DNA from: an uncultured Phycisphaerales bacterium
GTDB taxonomy: Bacteria; Planctomycetota; Phycisphaerae; Tepidisphaerales; Tepidisphaeraceae
Length of the DNA: 64,000 bases
Assembly: GCA_963755915.1 (NCBI GenBank)
Contig: CAVWLP010000002.1
Span: 2,208,001 to 2,272,000 of the forward strand
Direction of reading: 5' to 3'
Below the pieces are notes generated by a model. The model worked only from the letters and a program-made list of their open reading frames with translations, did no database searches and was not told the origin of the DNA. This document shows, in pieces, positions 8,883 to 18,650 of this stretch. Position numbers and translations under genes: made by a program. Each line of letters opens with the position of its first letter. Position 1 is the stretch's first letter.

Positions 8883-10100
8883 TCACTTCATTTCATCAAG
8901 CGATCCGACTTTCGGTAGGTCGCCGACGAGGGGCTTGACGTACTGGATGAAGGCATCGGTTACGTTGTTGCCGTCGGCGATGAAGGAGGGATCCAGATGC
9001 TTGGTTTCCTTGGCCACCGTGGCCAGGGGAGTGAGGAAGGTGTCGATGCTGTAGGCGTTTCCGGGGTGGCGTTTCATGGCGACGCTGCCTTCGGTTTCGC
9101 CTTGCGAGCTGTACTTGACGGCCATGCGGCCGACGCGGCGGGCTTCCTGGGCGTCGACGGTGCTGACGAATCCGGGGAAGCTGCGCTGGAGATAGCCGAA
9201 GGTGTCGGCGCGGACGCGGAGTTTTTTGCCGCCGGGGGACTGGACTTTGCGTTTGATGAGGTCGGCCAGGAAGTCGCCTAGCGCGCCGGTGCCGGAGAGC
9301 TGGACGTTTCCGTGGCTGTCGCGGTCGAGGGTGTCGGCCATGGCTTCGGTCCAGGTGGTTCCGTCGGGGCGGACGATGCCTTCGCTGGCGGCGATGAGGC
9401 ATCGGCCCAGCTTGGAATAGACGCGCTCGACGTCGGCGATGAATTTCTGCTCGCTCAGCGGGGCTTCGGGGACGTAAATGAGATGCGGGCCGTCGTCGCC
9501 GGCGTGACGCGCCAGCGCGCAGGCGGCGGTGAGGAAACCGGCGTTGCGGCCCATGATGATGTCGACTTTTACACCGGGGAGGGATTTGTTGTCGTAATTG
9601 TCGCCGATCATGGCGGCGGCGACGAACTTGGCAGCGGAGCCGTAACCGGGCGTGTGATCGTGGACGCGGAGGTCGTTGTCGATGGTCTTGGGGACGTGGA
9701 AGACGCGGAGCTCGTATTTTTCCTTTTTCGCCAGCTCGGAAACGATGCGGGCGGTGTCGGCGGAGTCGTTGCCGCCGATGTAAAAAAAGTAGCGGACGTT
9801 ATTTTTTGAAAACGAGCGGAAGATTTTTTCGCAGTAGGCGGCATCGGGCTTGTCGCGGGTGGAGCCGAGGGCGGCGGCGGGGGTGTTGGCGACGCGTTCG
9901 AGAAGTTCGCCACTGGCTTTTTTCAGGTCGATGAATTTCTCATCGACGATTCCTCTCACGCCGTGGCGGGCCCCGAGGAGCTGGTCGATGTGGCCGCATT
10001 CCTTGACGCCCTGGATGACGCCGACGAGGGATTGGTTGATGACGGCGGTGGGTCCGCCGGATTGTCCGACGACGGCGTTTCCTTTTAGTTGGGTGCTCAT
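8883..10100 (-). CDS. pfkA: 6-phosphofructokinase, probably PPi-dependent
   Basis: GQSGGPTAVIN, IGGNDS, PKTIDND, MGRNAGFL, GYLQR. Confidence 0.9.
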   Translation of the reverse strand: MSTQLKGNAVVGQSGGPTAVINQSLVGVIQGVKECGHIDQLLGARHGVRGIVDEKFIDLKKASGELLERVANTPAAALGSTRDKPDAAYCEKIFRSFSKNNVRYFFYIGGNDSADTARIVSELAKKEKYELRVFHVPKTIDNDLRVHDHTPGYGSAAKFVAAAMIGDNYDNKSLPGVKVDIIMGRNAGFLTAACALARHAGDDGPHLIYVPEAPLSEQKFIADVERVYSKLGRCLIAASEGIVRPDGTTWTEAMADTLDRDSHGNVQLSGTGALGDFLADLIKRKVQSPGGKKLRVRADTFGYLQRSFPGFVSTVDAQEARRVGRMAVKYSSQGETEGSVAMKRHPGNAYSIDTFLTPLATVAKETKHLDPSFIADGNNVTDAFIQYVKPLVGDLPKVGSLDEMK

Positions 10101-10416
10101 ATGGCCTCCGGGAAAATTCGGGATTGGTTGATGGGGCGATGATAGAACTTCGCGCCCAAGGTTCAAGCATTTACCCCATACGCCCCAACCCGGCCTGCCG
10201 ACTTCAGTCGGCAGGTGATTCTCCTTCCCTAACGCCCTTCACCTCCCCGCCCATATCAATTTCTTTTCAATCTCACCCCCCCAAAAATAATTCCGCCCGG
10301 ATTTTTCCAAAAATAGGTACAAAACGTGCACCTTTGGACCTGTATATAGAGCCCTGATGTTTTCTCTGCCTCTACTCTCAACTTTCTATTATCTACCTAC
10401 TAACCCGGAGGGTTCC

Positions 10417-10947
10417 ATGTCACCCGATCCCGATTCTCAAATCTCAAACTTCAAATTCGAAATCTCAAGCTTCGATTCCGAACTCTCCAATCCCGAACCC
10501 CAAATCCCCGCTCCCCGCCCCCCAACTTCCCTCGACCTCCCCATCTCCTCCATCCCCCAAAAAAGTGGGGAATTTTGGGGAAATCTGGGGAATGCCCGAT
10601 CCTTCGATCTCTCCGAACGTCAGTTGCTCGCCATCGATCACACCCTCCGCGGCGTAAACGACTCCCGCATCGCCGAAATCCTCGACATCGATCGCAAGAC
10701 CCTCTGGAATTGGAAAACCTTCAACGAGGACTACCGCCGCGCCCTCGCGGAAGGCCGCGCCGCCCTCCACGCCGCCGTCATCGATCAGCTCCAGGCCACC
10801 GCCGCAAAGGCCCTCACTGCCGTTGACGATCTTCTCGACGACTCCGACGAGCAAACCCGCCTCCGCGCCGCCCAAATCACCCTGCGCCCGCTGCCTCCCT
10901 CAAACCGGTCCTTCCCGACCACCAATACCACTCCGCCCAATCGCTGA
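10417..10947 (+). CDS. Hypothetical HTH-domain protein (possible frameshift near 10885 would extend it to 10982)
   Basis: LSERQLLAI...IAEILDIDRKTLWNWK; N-terminus encoded by heptamer repeats. Confidence 0.55.
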   Translation: MSPDPDSQISNFKFEISSFDSELSNPEPQIPAPRPPTSLDLPISSIPQKSGEFWGNLGNARSFDLSERQLLAIDHTLRGVNDSRIAEILDIDRKTLWNWKTFNEDYRRALAEGRAALHAAVIDQLQATAAKALTAVDDLLDDSDEQTRLRAAQITLRPLPPSNRSFPTTNTTPPNR

Positions 10948-11118
10948 AAGTCGGAATTATCGCCACAACCCCCGAACCCTGAGATCCCCTCGGCATTTGC
11001 TTAACCGCAACCCCCCAAAGCGCAGCGCCAACTCGTGTTGCGGTGCGCGTTCCGGCGCTCAGAGAATCGTGGACAAACCCTTTTTTGTCTTACGGACATC
11101 AAACCCCGACACTCTCCC

Positions 11119-11751
11119 TCACTTCAGCGAGCATCCCACCATCATCGCCATCCGCCGCCCAATCTCTCCCGGAAGCTCCCCATCTGCCGTCGATAAGCGA
11201 CACCGAATCGGCCAACCCTTCACCCTGTAGATGACTAAATCAGCGACCGTTTTTTTTCGGCTGAAGTGAAAGCGGTAAACCTTTAGCCGAATCTCTTTGA
11301 TGTCGCCCGCCCCAACCCGCCGCTCACACATTTGGAGCCAGCCCGGTTTCCTGTCGGTTATTCCTTCCCGATTTACGATCAGCTCCCGTGGTTCTCCAGC
11401 GAACTTTCGGAAACGCCACCAGTCGAACGCGGCGATCACCGTCCAGAACGCAACCGCCAGACCCGTCGCGCCAAAAATCTCAAGGCCGAATCGCAGGATC
11501 AGCTCGTGCAGAGCGGTTGGCGGTCCGAAAACTCGCATCGACGATACCCTCCAAACCATTAATAGAATCCAGATTGCCGTTACGAGTTTGCAGCACGCAA
11601 AAAAGAGCGGGGCGACGATGTCCAGGACCCACATCCATGTTGGCTTAACCGGAAAAATCACGCGAAAAGCGTCGGCGTTTTGCTCCAGCCGCAGGGCGTG
11701 GATGTCGTTGGTGTGTGTGGCGTATTCGATGACGCGATCGGGTTCCGCCAT
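11119..11751 (-). CDS. Hypothetical membrane protein
   Basis: 210 aa with two hydrophobic segments; starts 4 nt after the upstream stop. Confidence 0.6.
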   Translation of the reverse strand: MAEPDRVIEYATHTNDIHALRLEQNADAFRVIFPVKPTWMWVLDIVAPLFFACCKLVTAIWILLMVWRVSSMRVFGPPTALHELILRFGLEIFGATGLAVAFWTVIAAFDWWRFRKFAGEPRELIVNREGITDRKPGWLQMCERRVGAGDIKEIRLKVYRFHFSRKKTVADLVIYRVKGWPIRCRLSTADGELPGEIGRRMAMMVGCSLK

Positions 11752-11755
11752 ATTT

Positions 11756-13026
11756 TTAGATTACCCGGGCGGCGACGAGGGTGCGGTCGTCATCGGCGGG
11801 GGCGGGGCCGGTGAAGGCGGCTAGATCGGCGAGGACGTTTTTGAGCTTTTCCTGGGCGGATTTGGCGGGTTTTAGGATGGCGGCGTCGAGGCGTTCGATG
11901 CCGAACATGTCGCGGGCGGGGTTTCGGGCTTCGGTGATGCCATCCGTATAGAACAGCAGGTCGTCGCCGGTTTTTAGGATCAGTTTTTTCTCGGCGTATT
12001 TTTCATCTTTCACGCCCATTCCCAAGGGGAGGCCACCGACGCCGTCGAGGGGTTCGATTATTCCGGGCGCATGAACCTTGGGGGGTTGTGACCGGCGCGG
12101 GAGTAGGTGAGGGAGCGATCGCGGGGGTCGTAGATGCCGTAGAAAGCGGTGACGAAGGAGCGGCGGTCGTTGGTGTATTTGTCGGAAAGCTGGCGATCGA
12201 CGAAAGAGAGGAGATTTCCGGGGGGCTCGCCGGTGCCGGGGTGGAGATGGGCGATGGCGTGGGTGACGGCCATGATGACGGCGGCGGGTGTTCCGTGGCC
12301 GGAGACGTCGGCGATGAGAAGGCCCCAGCGGCCGTCGCCGCAATCGAAGACGTCGTAGTAATCTCCGCCGGTGCGCTGGCTGGTCTGGTAGTCGGCGGCG
12401 AGCTGTAGGCCGTCGATTTTGGGTAATTGCGAGGGGAGGAGAGATCGCTGCATTTCGCCGACTTTGTCGAGCTCGTTGTCGAGTGAGGCGAGGGCTTCGC
12501 TGAGCTCGCGGCGGAGGGCGAGGTTGAGGGTTCCGCGGCCCCAGAGGTTTGCCTGCCACATGAGGGTGGGATAGCGCTCGGTGGAGAATTGAGAGGGGTC
12601 GTTGAAAAACTGGACGAGCATGTTCTGAGCGATGCCCTCGTCGTACATGGGGAGGGTGATGAGCATTTTCATGCCCTTGAGATATTCGTAGCCGGGATCA
12701 TCGGACTTGAGGCGGGAGGGGAGATCGTAGATGAGCTGGGGTTCTTCGCTGTAGATCAGTTCACCGAGGAGGCCGCCTTTGAGGCGGGGGAGGCGATCGC
12801 GCTGGCGCCAGGGGTCGATCTCCTCGTCCCAGGTGGAGCTTCGGGTGATGAGGTATTCACCCGGGGGCATTCCGCGGCGGCTGACGGAAACCCATCGGTC
12901 GGCGGGGAACATTTTCCGGACGCGAGCGATGTAGTATTGGGCGGCTTTTTGGGGGTCGGTTTCGCGGCTTAGCCCGCGCATGAGGTCGACCACGGTTTTC
13001 ATCTGGGTTTGCCAGTCGCCGGTCAT
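11756..13026 (-). CDS. SpoIIE/RsbU-type PP2C phosphatase with N-terminal GAF-like region, frameshift near 12065
   Basis: GGDYYD, IADVSGHG, AGHNPP in one frame; YTDGITEA and DDRT in the other. Confidence 0.85.
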
Positions 13027-13107
13027 GTTTGAGTTTATTCCTGTAGGGGGCGGTTAGTCGATTGTCAATTGGAATAATAAACTGGGGAGGGGGGAAGAAG
13101 AAAATTT

Positions 13108-13173
13108 AACCGCGGGTTTCGCGGATGGGCGCGGATAAGAAAGAATTGATTTTTATCCGTGAAATCCGTGGTT
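13108..13173. repeat. 66-bp CACGGAT-type palindromic element (degenerate copy)
   Basis: Aligns ungapped with the reverse complement of 56643-56708. Confidence 0.7.
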
Positions 13174-13211
13174 TTGGCATTGAGTCGCGAGAGTTCCGGC
13201 TTTTTTTTTGG

Positions 13212-13251
13212 CCCTCACCCCTGCCCTCTCCCGGAGTACCGGGCGAGGGGG
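13212..13251 (+). repeat. REP-like element CCCTCACCC..CCCTCTCCCGGAGTACCGGGCGAGGGG
   Basis: Palindromic core; related copies at 27021, 29124, 50341, 50407, 53276 and a half copy at 32932. Confidence 0.8.
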
Positions 13252-13263
13252 TAAAGGTGCGGG

Positions 13264-14610
13264 CTACCGGCCCAACAATTCCCTCTCCACAAACCCGGTA
13301 TCCACTTCTCCCCTCGCGAAATTCTGGTTGTGGAGGATTTGGAGCTGGAGGGGAATGGTGGTCTTGACGGGGGAGACGTGGAACTCGCCCAAGGCGCGTT
13401 TCATGGTGGCGATGGCCTGGGCGCGGGTGGGGCGGTGGACGATGAGCTTGCCAATCATGCTGTCGTAGTTTGGGGGAATGCGGTAGCCGGCGTAGACGTG
13501 GCTGTCGATGCGGACGCCGGGGCCGCCGGGGAGGCGGAGTTCTTCGATCAGGCCGGGGGAGGGGGCGAAATTTCGCTGGGGGTCTTCGGCGTTAATCCGG
13601 CATTCGATGGCGTGGCCAATGCGGGGGATGTCTTTTTGCTTGACGCTGAGCGGCAAGCCGGCGGCGACGCGGATTTGCTCTTTGATCAGATCGACGCCGG
13701 TGATTTGCTCGGTGACGGGGTGCTCGACTTGAATGCGGGCGTTGACTTCTAAGAGATAGAAATTCTGGTCTTCATCTACCAGGAATTCGACGGTGCCGGC
13801 GTTGACGTAGCCAGCGGCTTTGACCAATCGGACGGCGGCTTCGCAGAGCTTTTCGCGGACGTCGTGCTTGAGGGCGGGGCTGGGGGATTCTTCGAGGAGT
13901 TTCTGGTGGCGGCGCTGCATGGAGCAGTCGCGTTCCCAGAGATGGACGGTGTTGCCGTGCTGGTCGGCCATGATCTGAACTTCGACGTGGCGGCCGAATT
14001 CGACGTATTTTTCGATGTAGACGGTGGAATCCTTGAAGGCGTTTTCGGCCTCGGCCTGGGCTTGCTTGAAGCCGGCCTGGAGGGAGACGTCGTTGTGGGC
14101 GGCGCGCATTCCGCGGCCCCCGCCGCCGGCGGCGGCTTTGATGATGACGGGATATCCGATCTGGGCGGCGATTTTGAGGGCGGTTTTTTCGTCGTCGACG
14201 GCGCCTTCGCTGCCGGGGACGGTGGGGACCTTGGCTTTTTTGGCGAGCTTTTTGCAGGCGACTTTGTCGCCGACGGCGGCCATGGCGCTGACGGGAGGGC
14301 CGATGAATTCGATCTTGCAGCTTCGGCAGATTTCGGCGAAGTGATCGTTTTCGGCGAGGAAACCGTAGCCGGGATGGATGGCCTGCACGTCGGCGATTTC
14401 GGCGGCGGAGATGATGGCAGGGATATTGAGATAGCTTTCGGCGGGGGGGGCGTCGCCGATGCAGATTGCTTGATCCGCGAGGCGAAGATAGGCGGCGTCT
14501 TTGTCGGCGGTGGAATAGACGGCGGCGGTTTGGACGCCCATCTCGCGGCAGGCGCGGATGATCCGCAGGGCAATCTCACCGCGGTTGGCAATGAGGATCT
14601 TGGAAAACAT
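13264..14610 (-). CDS. accC: Acetyl-CoA carboxylase biotin carboxylase subunit
   Basis: [46 protein letters not shown]. Confidence 0.95.
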   Translation of the reverse strand: MFSKILIANRGEIALRIIRACREMGVQTAAVYSTADKDAAYLRLADQAICIGDAPPAESYLNIPAIISAAEIADVQAIHPGYGFLAENDHFAEICRSCKIEFIGPPVSAMAAVGDKVACKKLAKKAKVPTVPGSEGAVDDEKTALKIAAQIGYPVIIKAAAGGGGRGMRAAHNDVSLQAGFKQAQAEAENAFKDSTVYIEKYVEFGRHVEVQIMADQHGNTVHLWERDCSMQRRHQKLLEESPSPALKHDVREKLCEAAVRLVKAAGYVNAGTVEFLVDEDQNFYLLEVNARIQVEHPVTEQITGVDLIKEQIRVAAGLPLSVKQKDIPRIGHAIECRINAEDPQRNFAPSPGLIEELRLPGGPGVRIDSHVYAGYRIPPNYDSMIGKLIVHRPTRAQAIATMKRALGEFHVSPVKTTIPLQLQILHNQNFARGEVDTGFVERELLGR

Positions 14611-14612
14611 TT

Positions 14613-15071
14613 TTAATTCGTTCCCGCGGTTACGGCCGGCCGCAGATGGCTCAGGTGATGGGCACAGTGAATCAGGTGCAGGCGGATGAAATCTTCATGG
14701 CCGACGTTTCCGAGCATTCGATGGGGGGCGAAATCGCCCTTGAACTGCTTTAATTCTTCGAGGGCGGTGAGGAAATCATCGATGGCGCTTTCGGGTACGT
14801 CCGGGGGGGGAACCACGTGCTCCGGGGATTTGATGCCGGAGGGGATTCGACCGGCCATCAGGATTGCGCGGAGTTGCATTTTTTTGACGATTCCGGTTTC
14901 GACTGGGTCATGGGGGCCTGGCCGCATTGAGGAACGGAGGGCCTTGGCGAGGTGCCAGCAGATTTGTTGGAGGGACCAGTTTCCGGATTGGGAATAGCCT
15001 TCGTGGAGAAGGCGAACGTCGGCGGCGACGGCATCCGCGTTGGCGAATTTTAGGGGCCGCTTGTTGCTCAC
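14613..15071 (-). CDS. DinB-fold/DUF1569-like protein
   Basis: [12 protein letters not shown]...PHRMLG...HLIHCAHHL. Confidence 0.7.
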   Translation of the reverse strand: MSNKRPLKFANADAVAADVRLLHEGYSQSGNWSLQQICWHLAKALRSSMRPGPHDPVETGIVKKMQLRAILMAGRIPSGIKSPEHVVPPPDVPESAIDDFLTALEELKQFKGDFAPHRMLGNVGHEDFIRLHLIHCAHHLSHLRPAVTAGTN

Positions 15072-15592
15072 GGCTTAACGAGGAAAAGGACTTGCCCAAA
15101 CTCGACGACCTGGCCGTTGGTGACCATGATTTTGGCGATGGTGCCGGAGCATTCGGCTTTGACGTTGTTGAAGACCTTCATGGCTTCGATGACGCAGACA
15201 TCGGTGTCGTCGGTGATTTTGGAGCCGACGGATACGAAGGCCTTGGCATCGGGGCTGGGTGCGGAATAAAAAGTTCCGACCATGGGGCTTTTGATTTCGC
15301 GAAGGTTTTCTTTCTCATTTTCGTCGATGGAAGATGAGACTTTAGGCGCGTGGGCGGCGGGCATGGCCGACATTCCCATTTGCGGCGAGAGGGTCTGGAC
15401 CACGCCACCGGCGGGTCCGCGCTGCAGGGTGACGCGGAGGTCGCCGTCGCGGAGGTCGACCACGGTGAGATCGTTGGCTTGCATCAGCTTGACGATGCGC
15501 TCGAGGAGGGAGAGGTCCATGGGTCCTGTGGATTTCCCTGGGGATTTGAGCCTAGGAGGGGCGGGCTTCTTGGGTCGGGATTTTTCACTCAA
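15068..15592 (-). CDS. accB: Biotin carboxyl carrier protein (start TTG 15592 or ATG 15520)
   Basis: SPMVGTFY, IEAMKVFN biotinylation motif. Confidence 0.92.
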   Translation of the reverse strand: MSEKSRPKKPAPPRLKSPGKSTGPMDLSLLERIVKLMQANDLTVVDLRDGDLRVTLQRGPAGGVVQTLSPQMGMSAMPAAHAPKVSSSIDENEKENLREIKSPMVGTFYSAPSPDAKAFVSVGSKITDDTDVCVIEAMKVFNNVKAECSGTIAKIMVTNGQVVEFGQVLFLVKP

Positions 15593-16715
15593 TGTGGCAA
15601 CCCTCGAAAGTCTTATCGAGCGTGGTGATGACTTCGCATCCGCTGTGGGTGATGAGAACGTCGTCCTCAATGCGGACACCACCGACGCCGGGGAGATAGA
15701 TACCGGGTTCGACGGTGATAATCATACCGGGTCGGAGCTCTTCGTCGCCGCCGGTTTTGCGCATGGTGGGGAGTTCGTGAATTTCGCGTCCGATGCCATG
15801 GCCGAGGCCGTGGCCGAAGAAATCTTTATATCCAGCGTTGTCGATAACATCACGGGCGACCTTGTCGGCTTTTTGGGTGGTGACGCCGGGGCGGAGGAAG
15901 TCGATGGCGGACAATTGGGCTTCCAGGACGATTTTATAGATCTCTTTCAATTTGGGAGCGACTCGGCCGAGCATCATGGTTCGGGTGATGTCGCTGCAAT
16001 AGCCTTCGTAGAGGGCGCCCCAGTCGAAGAGGAGGGGCTGGTCTTCGCGCACCAGGGCGTCGGCGGGGCGATAGTGGCACAAGCTACTGTTGGGGCCGGC
16101 GCCGATGATGACGGGGAAGGAGGCGTCGCTGGCGCCGCGGCTGCGAATCTCGAAAATCAGCAGGCCGGCGTAATAGTTTTCGGTCTGGCCGACCTTGATG
16201 TCTTCGCGGACGGCGGTGAAGGCCTCTTCGGCGATAGCGGCGGCCTTGCGGATGAGGGCGATTTCGTGGTCATCCTTTACCTTGCGGATGTTGACCATCA
16301 GGTCTTCGACCGGGACGAGCTCGAGGACCTCTTTGCCGGCTTTTTCCTTAATGGCTTTATCGAGGGCGTGAATCTGGCCGAAGCTGGCGCGATTGGCCTC
16401 GAAACCGACGCGTTTTGCCTTCGATCCGAGGAGCGTTTCGGCCAGGGCGGTTTCCATCTTGCCGTCACGGATGACGGCCTTGAGCCAGCCGGCTTCGATC
16501 TGGGCCTGCTCTTTGTAGCGGAAGTCGGTGATGAGAATGAGGTCGCTGAGGGTGATAAGGGCGATGGAATCGTCGCCGGTGAAGTTGGTGAGATAAGCGA
16601 TGTCGGCGGGGAGGGTAAGGAGGAGGCCGTCGAGATTGAGCTTGGCCAAGGACTCGCGAACGGTTTTTTGCCGGACCTTGAGATATGCCTTGGGTTTACT
16701 AGCGACGGTGGTCAT
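15585..16715 (-). CDS. Xaa-Pro aminopeptidase (M24 family, pepP/pepQ-like)
   Basis: GYCSDITRT, HGLGHGIG, TVEPGIY, GVRIEDD. Confidence 0.9.
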   Translation of the reverse strand: MTTVASKPKAYLKVRQKTVRESLAKLNLDGLLLTLPADIAYLTNFTGDDSIALITLSDLILITDFRYKEQAQIEAGWLKAVIRDGKMETALAETLLGSKAKRVGFEANRASFGQIHALDKAIKEKAGKEVLELVPVEDLMVNIRKVKDDHEIALIRKAAAIAEEAFTAVREDIKVGQTENYYAGLLIFEIRSRGASDASFPVIIGAGPNSSLCHYRPADALVREDQPLLFDWGALYEGYCSDITRTMMLGRVAPKLKEIYKIVLEAQLSAIDFLRPGVTTQKADKVARDVIDNAGYKDFFGHGLGHGIGREIHELPTMRKTGGDEELRPGMIITVEPGIYLPGVGGVRIEDDVLITHSGCEVITTLDKTFEGCHIE

Positions 16716-16939
16716 TGAATTTGGCCCCGCCTGGTGAGGTGGGAGCGTGCGGAACGGTACTGGACTCATAGGCGGGTTGTCAACGAAACCGAATTCCAAG
16801 GGGGGGTAACATTTCATAAATTATGTGTCAAAACGGCATGGGAATATCCTTCCACGCCGCGAGTTTGTCAGCATTACAACAAACAAATCGGCTCAATCAA
16901 TGTTGACGACGCTGGGCGAATGTTAGTAAAAAGTTTGGC

Positions 16940-18156
16940 ATGATTGAAGGGATGAATTGGCTGTTCATCGACATGAATTCCTACTTTGCTTCGGTGGAAC
17001 AGCATCTGCGCCCGGAATTGCGCGAGCGGGCCATCGGGGTGATTCCGGTGGAATCGGAATACACCTCCATCATAGCGTGCAGCTACGACGCCAAACAGTG
17101 CGGTGTGAAAACCGGGACCAGCGTGCAGGATGCGCGGCGATTGTGTCCTGGGATCCTGCTGGTAAAGGCCCGGCCCGACGTTTATGTCCGCGTGCATCAC
17201 GCCATTCTACGAAGCATCGACCTCTGTGTTCCCATCCACAAGGTCTATTCGATCGACGAATGGGCGATCCAGCTATGGGGCGAGGAACAAAAAACCGCTC
17301 GGGCCCTCGCCCTTGGGCGGCAAATCAAGAATCAGCTTCTGAAGGATTTCGGTCCCTGCCTGACCTGCTCGATCGGCATTGCCCCCACGCGGTTGCTGGC
17401 AAAGATCGCCAGCGACCTACACAAGCCCGACGGATTGACGGCATTGAGCGTCAAGGAACTGCCCGATCGCCTCGACTCGTTTTCATTGGATGATCTTTGC
17501 GGAATAGGCCATGGCATGGTCGCGCGGCTTGAAGCCCAGGGAATTCACACGGTGCGCGACCTGTGGGCGATCAGCAAACGGGAGGCGATTGCAGTTTGGG
17601 GCTCCGTCACCGGGGGAAATTGGTGGGCTGGCTTTCACGGATACGATGAGCCGGAACTACCGACACGACGCCGTTCCATGAGCCATGCCAGCGTCCTCGA
17701 TCCCAAATTCCGAAATGAGGAAGGCGCTCACGGCATCATGGTGCGACTGCTTTGCAGATTGGGCGCCCGCCTGAGGCATGATGGGTACTTCGCCCAATGC
17801 CTGCGGGCGCATGTGAAGGATGTTCACGATAACTATTGGTTCCAGGAGGCCATGCTCCCCTGCGTGCAGGACACTCCGACTCTTTTGGCAAAATTCCACG
17901 TTCTCTGGCAACGCCGTGCGCCGGCGCCCCTCGCCCGATGAAAGTAGGCGTCGAAGTCGGCGGGCTCATTCCAGCCACACAGGTGTCAGAACCCCTTTTC
18001 GATGCTATCGAGAAACCCCGGCGTGTTTCCCAGACGGTTGACAAAATTAATCAGCGATGGGGCGCTTCGACCGTTTATTTTGGGCCGATGCACAATTTTC
18101 GTCATTCCATGGACGACAAGATCGCTTTTGGCAGAATTCCCCCCGTGACGCAGTGA
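16940..18156 (+). CDS. Y-family DNA polymerase (DinB-like), frameshift near 17920
   Basis: FIDMNSYFASVE, SIDE catalytic motif, AKIASDLHKPDG; C-terminal VDKINQRWG in the shifted frame. Confidence 0.85.
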
Positions 18157-18177
18157 GCCGCATCCCGCCAGCCGTAA

Positions 18178-18481
18178 TTATTTTCCCTTCATTGCGTTTT
18201 CGGATGCTTCGGCGCTTGTTTTCCGGCGGTGCTTTTTGACGGCTATATCGAGGGCGTGAATCTGGCCGAAGCTGGCGCGATTGGCCTCGAAGCCGACGCG
18301 TTTTGCCTTCGATCCGAGGAGCGTTTCGGCCAGGGCGGTTTCCATCTTGCCGTCGCGGATGACTGCCTTGAGCCAGCCGGCTTCGATCTGGGCCTGCTCT
18401 TTGTAACGGAAGTCGGTGATGAGAATGAGGTCGCCGGGGGTGATGAGGGCGATGGAATCGTCGCCGATGAAGTTGGTGAGA
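18178..18481 (-). pseudogene. Chimeric fragment: internal 5' part of the M24 peptidase gene fused in frame to a pdxA 3' end
   Basis: 18246-18481 matches 16358-16593 (8 mismatches in 236 bp); 18178-18251 matches 21498-21571. Confidence 0.9.
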
Positions 18482-18650
18482 ATATGGCCGCGCCATAAGG
18501 CTCGCGGCAGTTGACACCGCTCAGGTTGCTGAGCACGGCGGTTCAACCTGCCGGTCCGATAACCAGGAAATGCTTAACGCGGTCATATCCATTTCAGCCT
18601 CCGTTTAACCAAGCCCGATTCAGCCCAACACAAGGTTAGGACCGCACACC

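Noticed and set aside
15282-16718. 478-aa + strand ORF, and similar long ORFs at 28815-30581, 44410-46020 and 51028-52803
   Set aside because: Antisense shadows of well-supported genes, caused by GC-rich codon bias
17900-17945. Programmed frameshift in the Y-family polymerase
   Set aside because: No slippery heptamer; the break sits at GCGC like the other apparent errors
18500-18645. Integron attC site before the TonB receptor
   Set aside because: GCTTAAC...GTTAGGA and a nearby hairpin do not form complementary R/L boxes; no IntI, and no similar sites at other cargo ends
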